A stretch of DNA of 64,000 bases. It comes from a virus. The notes under the pieces were generated by a model. That model did no database searches. It was not told the origin of the DNA and saw only the letters and a program-made list of their open reading frames with translations. Location of the stretch: positions 1 to 64,000 of the IMG/VR virus record IMGVR_UViG_3300041955_001937; one strand, written 5' to 3'. A program made the position numbers and the translations under genes. Every line of letters begins with the position of its first letter. The first letter of the stretch is position 1. Of the stretch, positions 28,365 to 36,521 are shown in pieces.

Positions 28365-28393
28365 GGGGGCACTCAAACGAGTGCCCCTTGTTT
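28365..28393 (+). terminator. Putative intrinsic terminator
   Basis: GGGGCACTC-AAAC-GAGTGCCCC stem followed by TTGTTT. Confidence 0.5.
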
Positions 28394-28413
28394 CCTGGCC
28401 GAGGACCAAAGTA

Positions 28414-28773
28414 ATGAACTGGCTTTACAAACAATCGACGGGCGAACTGCAGCACGGTGACCAGCCCGCAGGCATCGGCTACAGTGGCCACGGAGAAGGC
28501 CGGAACAATCCGGCAATGCAGGCTGTGCACGATGTGGGGCCGCTGCCACGCGGCTGGTACACCATCGGGCCGGCGCACGACACCACGACGCACGGCCCCC
28601 ACGTCATGTGTCTGACGCCGGATGCCGCGAACGATGAAGACGGACGCTCCGGCTTCCTGATGCACGGTGACAACGTGAAGCATGATGCTTCGCTGGGGTG
28701 CATCGTCATGGGGCCCGTCATCCGCTACGCGGTGAGCGCGAGCACGGACAAACGACTGCAGGTCGTGGCTTAG
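28414..28773 (+). CDS. Tlde1/DUF2778 L,D-transpeptidase-fold enzyme, endolysin candidate
   Basis: GYSG, GPLPRGWY, RSGFLMHGD...ASLGCI motifs. Confidence 0.8.
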   Translation: MNWLYKQSTGELQHGDQPAGIGYSGHGEGRNNPAMQAVHDVGPLPRGWYTIGPAHDTTTHGPHVMCLTPDAANDEDGRSGFLMHGDNVKHDASLGCIVMGPVIRYAVSASTDKRLQVVA

Positions 28774-29361
28774 ATGAAAACCGTCGCGTCAAAGCCGGCT
28801 GTCCCCGTTCTTCCGGAGCTGAAGATCGAAATGTGGCCGATCGATCGGCCGATTCCGTATCCGAAGAACGCGCGGAAGTGGAGCGCGCAGGCGATCGTGA
28901 AGGTGGCGGCATCGCTCAAGAAGTTCGGCTGGAGACAGCCGCTGGTCGTAGACGCCCAGGACGTGATTATCATCGGCCATCTGCGGCAGGCTGCGGCGCG
29001 CTACCTCGGCCAGGAATTCGTGCCGGTGCACGTGGCGTCCGATCTTTCGGATGTGGATGTCAAGGCGCTGCGCATCGCCGACAACCGCACGCACGAAGAG
29101 GCGACGTGGAACGCGAAGCTGCTGGGCGCGGAAATGATCGACCTGAAGGTGGCCGATTTCGATCTTAATATTACGGCGTTCGAGCCGGCCGAGATCATCG
29201 AGAGCATCTTCGGCGGCGCCGGCGGCAATAAGAAGAATCCTCCGGCTCCGCCAACCGGCGAGGTCCCGGACTTCGAGGCGGTGAGCGAAGCCGAACAGGG
29301 ACGGCTCGATCAGGCGAAACGGCAGTGTCCGAAGTGCGGCCATGAGTATTTTGAAGCTTGA
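28774..29361 (+). CDS. ParB/Srx N-terminal domain protein with C-terminal CPKCG
   Basis: PYPKNAR, SLKKFGWRQPLVVD, IIIGH.R, RIADNR. Confidence 0.88.
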   Translation: MKTVASKPAVPVLPELKIEMWPIDRPIPYPKNARKWSAQAIVKVAASLKKFGWRQPLVVDAQDVIIIGHLRQAAARYLGQEFVPVHVASDLSDVDVKALRIADNRTHEEATWNAKLLGAEMIDLKVADFDLNITAFEPAEIIESIFGGAGGNKKNPPAPPTGEVPDFEAVSEAEQGRLDQAKRQCPKCGHEYFEA

Positions 29362-29974
29362 CTGGTGCAGTCACGAAGCGGCGCGGTATGCGGTGCAGCG
29401 CTGGTACTCGAGGCCCGACATGCCGGTGGGGAAACTGGCGAAGATTGGCGTTTGGGAAGACGGCGCGTTCATCGGCGTGCTGATTTTCGGCTGCGGCACG
29501 GGCGGCGTGCAGAAGATCGGGGAGAAGCTCGAAACCGGCAAATTCGGCACGGCGGAGTTGTCGCGGATCGCGATGGGAAGCCACGTGGCGCCCGTGAGCC
29601 GGATCATTCGCATTGCCCTGATGCTGCTCACCAGAGCGCAGCCCGGGTTGCGGCTGATCGTTACCTATGCGGATCCGGCGGCGGGGCATCACGGGGGCGT
29701 GTATCAGGCGGGCGGATGGATCTATGCCGGCAGGAGCTCGAAGGACCATGTGTATCGCGATGCGGCCGGAGTCGACCATCATTCGATGCGGACGAGCGCC
29801 ACCGGGTGGAAGATGTTGAACGGCAAGATGACGCGAGTGGTGAGGACCGGCGACTGCACGAAAATTCCGCTGGAGCCGAAGCACCGGTACCTGATGCCGC
29901 TGGACGATGAAATGCGTGCCAAAGTAGAGTTGTTGAGAAAGCCGAGCCCGAAGCCGGCGAAAACGCGTCCGTAG
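29342..29974 (+). CDS. mom: Mom-family (GNAT-fold) DNA adenine modification enzyme
   Basis: IGVWEDG.FIGVLIFG, ELSRIA, LIVTYADP..GHHGGVYQA.GWIY.G, KHRYL motifs. Confidence 0.8.
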   Translation: MSILKLDWCSHEAARYAVQRWYSRPDMPVGKLAKIGVWEDGAFIGVLIFGCGTGGVQKIGEKLETGKFGTAELSRIAMGSHVAPVSRIIRIALMLLTRAQPGLRLIVTYADPAAGHHGGVYQAGGWIYAGRSSKDHVYRDAAGVDHHSMRTSATGWKMLNGKMTRVVRTGDCTKIPLEPKHRYLMPLDDEMRAKVELLRKPSPKPAKTRP

Positions 29975-30039
29975 TATTCCAGCGAAACATCCGCCGCCCA
30001 GGCGGAAGAGGGCGGGCCAGCACCGACCCGGACGCTCCA
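29965..30039 (+). ncRNA. Degenerate tRNA-Gly(CCC)-like element overlapping the mom stop codon
   Basis: 75 nt: GCGTCCG/CGGACGC acceptor stem, U8-A9, TCCGC-CGCCCAG-GCGGA anticodon arm, U73-CCA; D and T loops non-canonical. Confidence 0.75.
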
Positions 30040-30056
30040 AATTATGCGTTGACCGA

Positions 30057-30374
30057 ATGGACCGGCAGTACTACGACATCGACGACGTGGAGATTCGTGC
30101 GGGAGTTGTGGCTCATCTGATTCGGTTGGGGAAGCGCCCGCCTTTGGGACAGACGGTGGGTTTCGCCGCGCAGACGAAGGTGGTCCAAAGTGAAGCCGAC
30201 ATAGGCAATCCGAGCAAAGTGATCTCAGAAGGTGAGCGCATCTGGTGCCAGTTCACGATCACGCGAGGCGACATAGACCGTGCCCACAAGCTCATCGATG
30301 ACCAGACGATTACTTACGGAGAACCCAAGACTTCAAAGATGAAGTTCGATTGGCGGCGCGGGCGGCGAATTTGA
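30057..30374 (+). CDS. Hypothetical protein
   Basis: 105-aa ORF. Confidence 0.5.
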   Translation: MDRQYYDIDDVEIRAGVVAHLIRLGKRPPLGQTVGFAAQTKVVQSEADIGNPSKVISEGERIWCQFTITRGDIDRAHKLIDDQTITYGEPKTSKMKFDWRRGRRI

Positions 30375-30493
30375 TCCCGGCGGCGAATCCATTTCCGCGC
30401 AGGCGATTTCGTTTCGCCCAGGCGTCCCGCCGGTACCCATCGAAAAAAGTCGAATGAGTTGGCGGGGTTACTTCGCGTGCGGCGGGCGCTGGA

Positions 30494-30799
30494 CTAACCG
30501 CGCGCGTGGTCCCTGTTCTCGCGCGTGGTCCCTCTCCAGCATTCCCAAACGCCTTCGATCTCGACCTTGAATCCGAGATCGCCCGGGTAAGCGTGTATTC
30601 GTCGGATCAACCCGATGACGGCGACGATATCCAGGACGATCTGGTCATCCATTCCCCACAAGTCGGTTGGATCCCAGCCGCCGTTCTCCTCGGCGTTATG
30701 CCAAGCCAGGAGAAAATTCGCCACCCTGCGCGACTGCCCCGTGCCCGTCCGGGCGATGTCCAGTAGTCGGGCAATGGCCGCTCTTTCCTTATCCGTCAT
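30494..30799 (-). CDS. Conserved MGE hypothetical protein (DUF7673-like)
   Basis: RLLDIAR..TGQSRRVANFLLAWHN...GGWDPTDLW; GAAAGGAA RBS. Confidence 0.7.
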   Translation of the reverse strand: MTDKERAAIARLLDIARTGTGQSRRVANFLLAWHNAEENGGWDPTDLWGMDDQIVLDIVAVIGLIRRIHAYPGDLGFKVEIEGVWECWRGTTRENRDHARG

Positions 30800-30815
30800 C
30801 GTCGTTTGGTTCCTT

Positions 30816-31214
30816 TCAGCCGGCATGGACGATTTCCTCCGGGGTTGCATCGATCAGGCCGAGACTCCCTGAGCGTCGCAGGAACGGCAGCGGGCGCGCG
30901 TTGTGCAGCACCCAGCCGAATTGACCGGGTTCGCGCCAAACGGAATCGATGGCTGGATCGTAATCGTCTGGACTCAGGCAGTCTGTCAGCGTGACCATGC
31001 CGATAATCCCGCCGGATTCCAGGTATCGGGGTAAATCGATTGCAAAGCGTTCACGGATCACGCGGCGGAGATATTCGATTCGCGGTTCCCAGCGGCTGGA
31101 CGCCTGTATTAGCACGGGGCCACGGTAGAGCGTTCGTCGCGATCTGTTTTCGATGGGCTTGAATCCGTTGACGATGAGCCACGCCCACGGCTGTCTCACT
31201 ACGAGCACTTTCAT
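30816..31214 (-). CDS. ASCH domain protein
   Basis: VRQPWAWLIVNGFKPIENR...YRGPVLIQAS, GGIIG. Confidence 0.88.
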   Translation of the reverse strand: MKVLVVRQPWAWLIVNGFKPIENRSRRTLYRGPVLIQASSRWEPRIEYLRRVIRERFAIDLPRYLESGGIIGMVTLTDCLSPDDYDPAIDSVWREPGQFGWVLHNARPLPFLRRSGSLGLIDATPEEIVHAG

Positions 31215-32059
31215 GCGGCCACCAGGTGTGAAATCTGCGAACGGTTCCAGGTCCATGGCGCTTTGCGGATCGGCTGGGGAATCTTGCCCCGTTTCACCCA
31301 CGTGTAGACGGTGGAACTATTGATCCTGAGGGCGTGCGCAAGTTCCTGGGCGTCAATCGTCGGGCTATCGTCGGACGACTGGGGGACGGTCGCGGGCGCG
31401 CTCACGGGGCGCGTGTGGGCGATTGGCGAACTTGGTTCGATCACTGTCGAACCAGGCGCGATCAGTTCCATTTCGAGCGCGTTCAGGACCGCGCGGATGT
31501 TGCCCTCATGCTGATCGAGCAGCGCGGCGAAGTCGGGCGCGGGCGCGGTCGATTCCAGAGCCCAAACACGGGCGAGGAAATCCCGAGACGCTTCAATCTC
31601 CCGGCGCCCGTCGAAAGGGACGACGCGGCATCGGCTGATAAAGCGCTTTTCGAGCAGCTTGGTTTCGTTCGCCGTGAATATGAAAATCGTGTTCGGCGGG
31701 CGTGTGGTCCCGTCCAACTTCGAAAGGAAAGCCAGTTGCGCGGGTTGCGTCATCCGGTCCGCTTCATCCACCAAAACGATATGCCATCCGCCGTTCATGG
31801 GCGTGTACCAGCAGGCGTGACACGTCCGCTCCACGCCTTCCAGATCGCACTGGCGACTGGCGATGTGGTGGAGTTCCGCCTTCATGGCCACGGCGAGGGC
31901 GAGCCCCATCGAAGTTTTCCCGGTACCGGAATCGCCGGTGAACAGCCAGGCGGATTCGTAGGGTTCGGCGATCAGCGAGGCGAGCAGCTTCTTTGCCACG
32001 GTGAGGCCGGCGAACGCGTCAAGCGTCGCAGGCTGATATTTATCGGTGAGGGCGATCAT
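31211..32059 (-). CDS. Clamp-loader-clade AAA+ ATPase with C-terminal HTH
   Basis: DKYQP, GDSGTGKT, VDEADRM, ISRC, GNIRAVLNALE; C-terminal ELAHALRINSSTVYTWVKRG. Confidence 0.85.
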   Translation of the reverse strand: MIALTDKYQPATLDAFAGLTVAKKLLASLIAEPYESAWLFTGDSGTGKTSMGLALAVAMKAELHHIASRQCDLEGVERTCHACWYTPMNGGWHIVLVDEADRMTQPAQLAFLSKLDGTTRPPNTIFIFTANETKLLEKRFISRCRVVPFDGRREIEASRDFLARVWALESTAPAPDFAALLDQHEGNIRAVLNALEMELIAPGSTVIEPSSPIAHTRPVSAPATVPQSSDDSPTIDAQELAHALRINSSTVYTWVKRGKIPQPIRKAPWTWNRSQISHLVAA

Positions 32060-32280
32060 GCCGCCGCCTTCGGAGCGCGATACATCGCGCGGATCATTTT
32101 CCCTGGCGTCGGAAGGTATCCCAGTCTCGCCATGTGAGCGACGAAGAAAAGGCCATCCAGGCGGATGTACGCATCAGGCGACGTTCCGCCGAGCGCGATA
32201 GGAAGGGTCATGCCGCAGACTTCGTTTCGCGGACAATTGCGCACGGATGCGACCTTGTTCTGGAGAATAGTAGGTACCAA
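32056..32280 (-). CDS. Hypothetical protein
   Basis: TTG start directly after the repeat RBS AAAGAGGAAAGCAA. Confidence 0.5.
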   Translation of the reverse strand: MVPTILQNKVASVRNCPRNEVCGMTLPIALGGTSPDAYIRLDGLFFVAHMARLGYLPTPGKMIRAMYRAPKAAA

Positions 32281-32354
32281 TTGCTTTCCTCTTTCCGCTG
32301 CTGTAACAGCGTCTCTGCTTAAACGAGATTAGCAAACCACGGGCGGTTTGTCAA
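32281..32354 (-). promoter_or_regulatory. Repeated promoter/leader cassette 1
   Basis: TTGACA-17bp-TAATCT, CAAACC-N6-GGTTTG palindrome, CGCTGTTACAGCAGC, RBS. Confidence 0.85.
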
Positions 32355-32551
32355 TCTTTCTTCTGCTTCTTTCGGCAGTGCATCCAGGCGGCGCGCGCGC
32401 TCGGCTGTTCCCGGCCGCATCTCGGGCAATCCGTGGGAATCGCGGGGCGTCCGCCCACCGCAACTTTGCCTGCCGCCGCCAACGCGTTCTTGGCGTTCGC
32501 GGCGTTGCGCTGGTGTTCGGTCAGTGAAGTATCCGTCTTCCTGGGCTTCAT
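32351..32551 (-). CDS. Small basic protein with CPRC...HC zinc finger
   Basis: GGRP...CPRCG...WMHC. Confidence 0.5.
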   Translation of the reverse strand: MKPRKTDTSLTEHQRNAANAKNALAAAGKVAVGGRPAIPTDCPRCGREQPSARAAWMHCRKKQKKD

Positions 32552-32557
32552 TGGGGT

Positions 32558-32761
32558 TCACTCCTCAAATAGTCCGGGCGGCTCGAACATGGACTGCTGA
32601 ACGGGTTGCGCGCGGACACAGGCCACGTGGGCGCGGTGGCACTCATGGGCGCGGATCGTGTAAGTCCCCTGCGGCTCGAACTTGATCCTAGTGGGCCCGC
32701 CCCAGCGTCCGCACGTGCAGCCCGCCAGGGTGGCGGTGATAACGGGATCGTGCCTGGTCAT
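32558..32761 (-). CDS. Small Cys/His protein
   Basis: CTCG...HECHRAH; follows cassette 2 RBS. Confidence 0.5.
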   Translation of the reverse strand: MTRHDPVITATLAGCTCGRWGGPTRIKFEPQGTYTIRAHECHRAHVACVRAQPVQQSMFEPPGLFEE

Positions 32762-32768
32762 TGTCAAT

Positions 32769-32836
32769 TTGCTTTCCTCTTTCGGCTGCTGTAACAGCGA
32801 CATGACTAAATTAGCAAACCACGGGCGGTTTGTCAA
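32769..32836 (-). promoter_or_regulatory. Repeated promoter/leader cassette 2
   Basis: TTGACA-17bp-TAATTT with the same palindrome and leader. Confidence 0.85.
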
Positions 32837-32847
32837 TTAGATCAGGG

Positions 32848-33270
32848 TCACTCAAAAAGATTGCCTTGCTCGGGAGCGGTCGCCGTGAGCGTCACTTCCG
32901 GGCCGGTAAGGATGAACGTCGCGCCTCCGCTGCTCACCCTCATGCCGTGATAGAAACCGCCTGGATCGGCTCTGGCGAAGTCGCCCTGATCGATACCCAG
33001 CTTTTCGGCATAAGTCGTGGTGGGCGAGGCGAAGGACGCCAGGGGCGTGAGGAGGTACGCACTCGCCTCATCGCCGGAGATGCCGACGCAACACCATAGA
33101 GCGTTCCGCCAGTGGAAGGGCTTGCGGATTCTGGACTTCTTGTCCGGGATCATATCGGCACTGTAAGAGGCGATCACGTCGCCCTCAGGGTCGCCGTGCT
33201 GGAGGCGCGCGGATTCGATGGACATCCGGCGGTCGGTAGAATGATGACTCTGGCAAGGATTGTAGGGCAT
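32848..33270 (-). CDS. Hypothetical protein
   Basis: GAGGAAAG RBS, ATG at 33270. Confidence 0.6.
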   Translation of the reverse strand: MPYNPCQSHHSTDRRMSIESARLQHGDPEGDVIASYSADMIPDKKSRIRKPFHWRNALWCCVGISGDEASAYLLTPLASFASPTTTYAEKLGIDQGDFARADPGGFYHGMRVSSGGATFILTGPEVTLTATAPEQGNLFE

Positions 33271-33335
33271 AAGCTTTCCTCGTGTCCGCAGTCTGTACCG
33301 GCGGGGCTGTAACTCCGCCGGTACACGCCAGGGGT

Positions 33336-34442
33336 TTAGACGAGTGGATCGATTCCCCCTTTGAATTGAAGTTTGGCGCGCGTGCAGTCCGCGGCCGTCA
33401 GATCGCTGCGCAGTCCCTTGTAGCGGGCCTGGACGAGCGAGCCCTGGCAGTACAGGTAAGTTACCTCGATCACTGCGCCCACGGGCGGCAGCGTCCCTTT
33501 GCCGAGCATTGAGACAGTCCCGATAGGCGACGCGTCCCCGAGTGCGACCACCATGGAGCATTTCACGTTATGGGCGGTCACAACGACGGATGCGGACGCC
33601 AGGAACTTCCAGCGGAGATTGTTCCCGCCACTCGAAGGGCGTCCTGCCTCATAGGGTGCGGTCGCCTTGATGAAGACGACGCCTTCAGCGCTGATACGTT
33701 TCGCGTCGGCGATGAGCGCGTATTTCTCGGCGTGAGTTCTGGCGGTCGCAACCAAGCGGATCGATGTCGCGCCCGTGTTGCTTCGATTCCAGATAACGCC
33801 CAAGATCAGTTCCAGCGATTCCATCCGGGAGAAATAGGGCTCGGGCGTGAAGTCATGGCCCATGGCGGAGAGCAGATCGAATACCCAAAGGACATCGCCG
33901 ACCAGTTCGCCATCGAGCACCAGCGGGGCAGGATAGTTGGCGATCATGTCGGCGATCGGCTTGGGACATGCCCGCGTCTTGCCGGATCGGGCGGAGAACA
34001 GGGTAACCTTGCCGTCCCGGGCGTGGAGCTGAACGCGGTCGCCGTCGTGCTTGATTTGGGAATACCAGTAATCGCTGGCAGTCAGTTCGACGATTTCACT
34101 TTCCACGACATCGTTCAGCAGACGGGGCGGGAGGCAGACTGCTGTCTTAACATCGGGCTCGACGGCCGGCGGGGCGGCGTATTGGGTGGGAGCGTCGGCC
34201 ACGGGGCGATAGTGACTCTCGCCTTCCACCTTGGAGAGCACAAGCTCGTTGAAGAGTTTGTCCGCGGCGCCCATCGGTACGGGCGTCTTCGTCTTCGTTC
34301 CGTGCGCCACGCGTCCGCCAACGGCGCCGTGGTGATAATCGACGGTGAACAGATCGCCCCCGGCGGGCGCGATATCCACGGTGTAGAATTTTCCGGCGGG
34401 CGAATTGCTCGCCGCGTGCAGGGTGATCGTCCTGGTTACCAT
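33336..34442 (-). CDS. WGR-domain ATP-dependent DNA ligase-like protein
   Basis: N-terminal KFY...HHGAVG...K..EG.Y; KHDGDR adenylation motif, LDGELVG, FDLL, EGVVFIK, RWKF, LRSD. Confidence 0.85.
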   Translation of the reverse strand: MVTRTITLHAASNSPAGKFYTVDIAPAGGDLFTVDYHHGAVGGRVAHGTKTKTPVPMGAADKLFNELVLSKVEGESHYRPVADAPTQYAAPPAVEPDVKTAVCLPPRLLNDVVESEIVELTASDYWYSQIKHDGDRVQLHARDGKVTLFSARSGKTRACPKPIADMIANYPAPLVLDGELVGDVLWVFDLLSAMGHDFTPEPYFSRMESLELILGVIWNRSNTGATSIRLVATARTHAEKYALIADAKRISAEGVVFIKATAPYEAGRPSSGGNNLRWKFLASASVVVTAHNVKCSMVVALGDASPIGTVSMLGKGTLPPVGAVIEVTYLYCQGSLVQARYKGLRSDLTAADCTRAKLQFKGGIDPLV

Positions 34443-34615
34443 CTCGCCTCCATCATGCGGTCTTTGGTTTCCAGGTCGTGATCGATCAATTCTTCGTCGT
34501 CGTCAGTGTTGAGGATGTCCTCAGCTTGGGCAATCATGCTCGTCCGGCTCATGTCCCCGGCAGCGACGGATTCGACGAATCCACGCAGCAATTCGTATTC
34601 GTGTTTGTAATCCAT
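34436..34615 (-). CDS. Small acidic hypothetical protein
   Basis: ATG at 34615 after cassette 3 RBS. Confidence 0.6.
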   Translation of the reverse strand: MDYKHEYELLRGFVESVAAGDMSRTSMIAQAEDILNTDDDEELIDHDLETKDRMMEARW

Positions 34616-34694
34616 TTGCTTTCCTCTTTTTCCGCTGCTGTAACAGCGTTTCTGCTTACAAGACGAGATTAGCAAACCACTGGCGGTTTGTCAA
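34616..34694 (-). promoter_or_regulatory. Repeated promoter/leader cassette 3
   Basis: TTGACA-17bp-TAATCT with the same palindrome and leader. Confidence 0.85.
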
Positions 34695-34903
34695 TATTTA
34701 TTCTGGCGCTGATCGATCAAGGCGCGGGCGGCGGCGATCGTGCGGAAGTTTCCGTCCGGATCGCCTTCGACCTTATAGCCCGAGTCCCAGTAGATCGCCA
34801 GTCCGCCGTGTCGTTCGACGAACGCGCCAGACTTGCGCGTAGCGACGCCTGGGGCTTCGGCAGCGCGCCTCAGTTCGCGTCCGATGGCATTGTAGTGGGC
34901 CAT
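34691..34903 (-). CDS. Small hypothetical protein
   Basis: C-terminal part of the 34691-35071 ORF; start uncertain. Confidence 0.45.
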   Translation of the reverse strand: MAHYNAIGRELRRAAEAPGVATRKSGAFVERHGGLAIYWDSGYKVEGDPDGNFRTIAAARALIDQRQNKY

Positions 34904-34929
34904 TTGCGCCCGCAGTCCCCTGCGCCGTC

Positions 34930-35217
34930 TCACGCTGTCGGCTCCGCCTTGCTGCATTCCCAATCGGGCCGCGCGTGTGCCATCGTGTCGCACCACGGGT
35001 AATCGGAAGGGTAGACCGCGCCTTCGAGATCCCGGCCGCGTTCGTCCCTCATCTGGAGCGAAACGCTGCATATCGTTTCCTCCTCCAGCCCGATCTTTCC
35101 CAGGTTCAACTCGATCAGCGCGCGTGCGCGTGCGGCGAACTGCTCATCGGTCACCGCTTCTTCGTGCTCCACGTTGAAACACAGGAGCACGGGAACCATG
35201 GCGCGCGTGGCGGTCAT
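34930..35217 (-). CDS. Hypothetical protein
   Basis: Translationally coupled in the minus-strand operon. Confidence 0.5.
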   Translation of the reverse strand: MTATRAMVPVLLCFNVEHEEAVTDEQFAARARALIELNLGKIGLEEETICSVSLQMRDERGRDLEGAVYPSDYPWCDTMAHARPDWECSKAEPTA

Positions 35218-35537
35218 GCCGCCACCAGTTTGCCGGTGCAATCGTCGCCGTAGTGCCCGCACACGTCGCAGTGGCCGGCGCCTACGGGCGCGTGGGGGAA
35301 TTCCGGTATCGCCAGGTCTGCAAACCAGGCCTTGAGCGCGTGCGCATCCTCGCCGGTGAGTTCAATTAGCGCTGACGAATTATCAGCCGCGCGTTTGCTC
35401 CATAACCCGATGCTCAGACGCAAAGCCGGCTCGTTCTGCCCCAGCGTCGGAATTTGATGGGACGTGACGCGCGCAAGGCGAGCGTAGCCGTTCCTGCCTT
35501 TGAATTCAGAGTGGCCCGATAACGTCAGATTTTTCAT
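35214..35537 (-). CDS. Hypothetical protein with C-terminal HCDVCGH...C
   Basis: GAGGAAAGCAAA RBS matching the cassette leaders. Confidence 0.6.
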   Translation of the reverse strand: MKNLTLSGHSEFKGRNGYARLARVTSHQIPTLGQNEPALRLSIGLWSKRAADNSSALIELTGEDAHALKAWFADLAIPEFPHAPVGAGHCDVCGHYGDDCTGKLVAA

Positions 35538-35812
35538 TTTGCTTTCCTCGTTTTCGATTTGAATGCCCTGCGCAGCGACTTGGCTTTCGCCGCATCGTCG
35601 CGCTGTTCTCCCTCGTTGTCCTCTTCGGGCGCGTCGCACTCGCGGGCTATTTCATCTGCCAGCAAGAGGGCGTCGACGTCTGTATCCGCCAGATCGCGGG
35701 TTCCGTCAATTTCGAAGCCGATCGCCTCTTCGAGTGCCGAAAGTGCGTCCCAGAATTCGCCCTGGGCAAGTCTGGCTTCTTCGTACCTTTCGAGCAGCTG
35801 GGCGCGATTCAT
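35534..35812 (-). CDS. Acidic hypothetical protein
   Basis: 92-aa coupled ORF, GGAGG RBS. Confidence 0.6.
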   Translation of the reverse strand: MNRAQLLERYEEARLAQGEFWDALSALEEAIGFEIDGTRDLADTDVDALLLADEIARECDAPEEDNEGEQRDDAAKAKSLRRAFKSKTRKAK

Positions 35813-36069
35813 GCCGTGCCTCCGTTCGGGTAGCTCGCGCTGAACGACTCGATGGCGCGGTCAAGATTGGATTTTGCGGCGAGCAGGTAAGCTCCCAGCG
35901 AATGCGCCTTGTCCGTTTCGATGTTGGCGGACTTGAGGGAGCCTTGCGCCGATCGAATCAGCGCGTGAATCTGGAGACTTTCGGCGACGGTGATAACCGC
36001 ATGGGGCAGGTCCGGCTGAGGGACTGCGAATTTAGCGAATGACACGAATAGCGCGCGTAGTTCTCGCAT
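35809..36069 (-). CDS. Hypothetical protein
   Basis: AAGGAAA RBS; coupled ORF. Confidence 0.55.
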   Translation of the reverse strand: MRELRALFVSFAKFAVPQPDLPHAVITVAESLQIHALIRSAQGSLKSANIETDKAHSLGAYLLAAKSNLDRAIESFSASYPNGGTA

Positions 36070-36265
36070 TTGGTTTTCCTTGAATGCGGGCGCGCGTCTT
36101 GCTCTGGGTCACGCTGAAGGGGGCGAAACCCTCAGTGCGCATTTTCTCGACTACATCAATCGTGGGTATGAACGAGTATCGGTCGCTCACCTTGTCATAA
36201 GGCTGAGTGGCGAAAATGCTCGGGGCGATGCTTCTCAATTGCTCGTTTGAAAGTGCGGTTCTCAT
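36032..36265 (-). pseudogene. Truncated DUF932/DUF945-family gene (N-terminus only)
   Basis: LSNEQLRSIAPSIFA....VSDRYSFIPTIDVV...EGF.P...QSKTR, then stops at 77 aa. Confidence 0.7.
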
Positions 36266-36266
36266 T

Positions 36267-36342
36267 TTGCTTTCCTCTTTCGCTGCTGTAACAGCGTTTC
36301 TGCTTACAGACTGAGATTAGCTAATCGCCGGTGGTTTGTCAA
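36267..36342 (-). promoter_or_regulatory. Repeated promoter/leader cassette 4
   Basis: TTGACA-17bp-TAATCT, CGCTGTTACAGCAGC, AAAGAGGAAAGCAA. Confidence 0.85.
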
Positions 36343-36521
36343 TAACTATTTTCGATTTTCTTTTTCGGTCGCGCCGACTAACAGACTGTGCCGGTGTGAC
36401 CCAGAGGCGCGTAGCGCGTTAGAACCCGCAGGGGAAACCCCTGCCAGTTGCACATTACGTGATTTTCGATCTGTGTTTTGTCCCTCGTAAGCCCTTTAGA
36501 ATCGATCGGCGGGCCCGGCGG

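Noticed and set aside
29965-30039. Canonical translational tRNA-Gly or an att remnant
   Set aside because: It lacks U33, G18G19 and TTC, and does not match either host tRNA at the integration sites; kept as tRNA-like ncRNA
30375-30493. Partner inverted site for inversion of the minus-strand block
   Set aside because: No match by eye to the GTTGCACA-type arms at 36447/36522
32281-36342. Repeats as a CRISPR array or integron attC sites
   Set aside because: Spacing is 0.5-1.8 kb with genes between, each copy is a consensus promoter plus RBS, and there are no cas genes or attC-type ends
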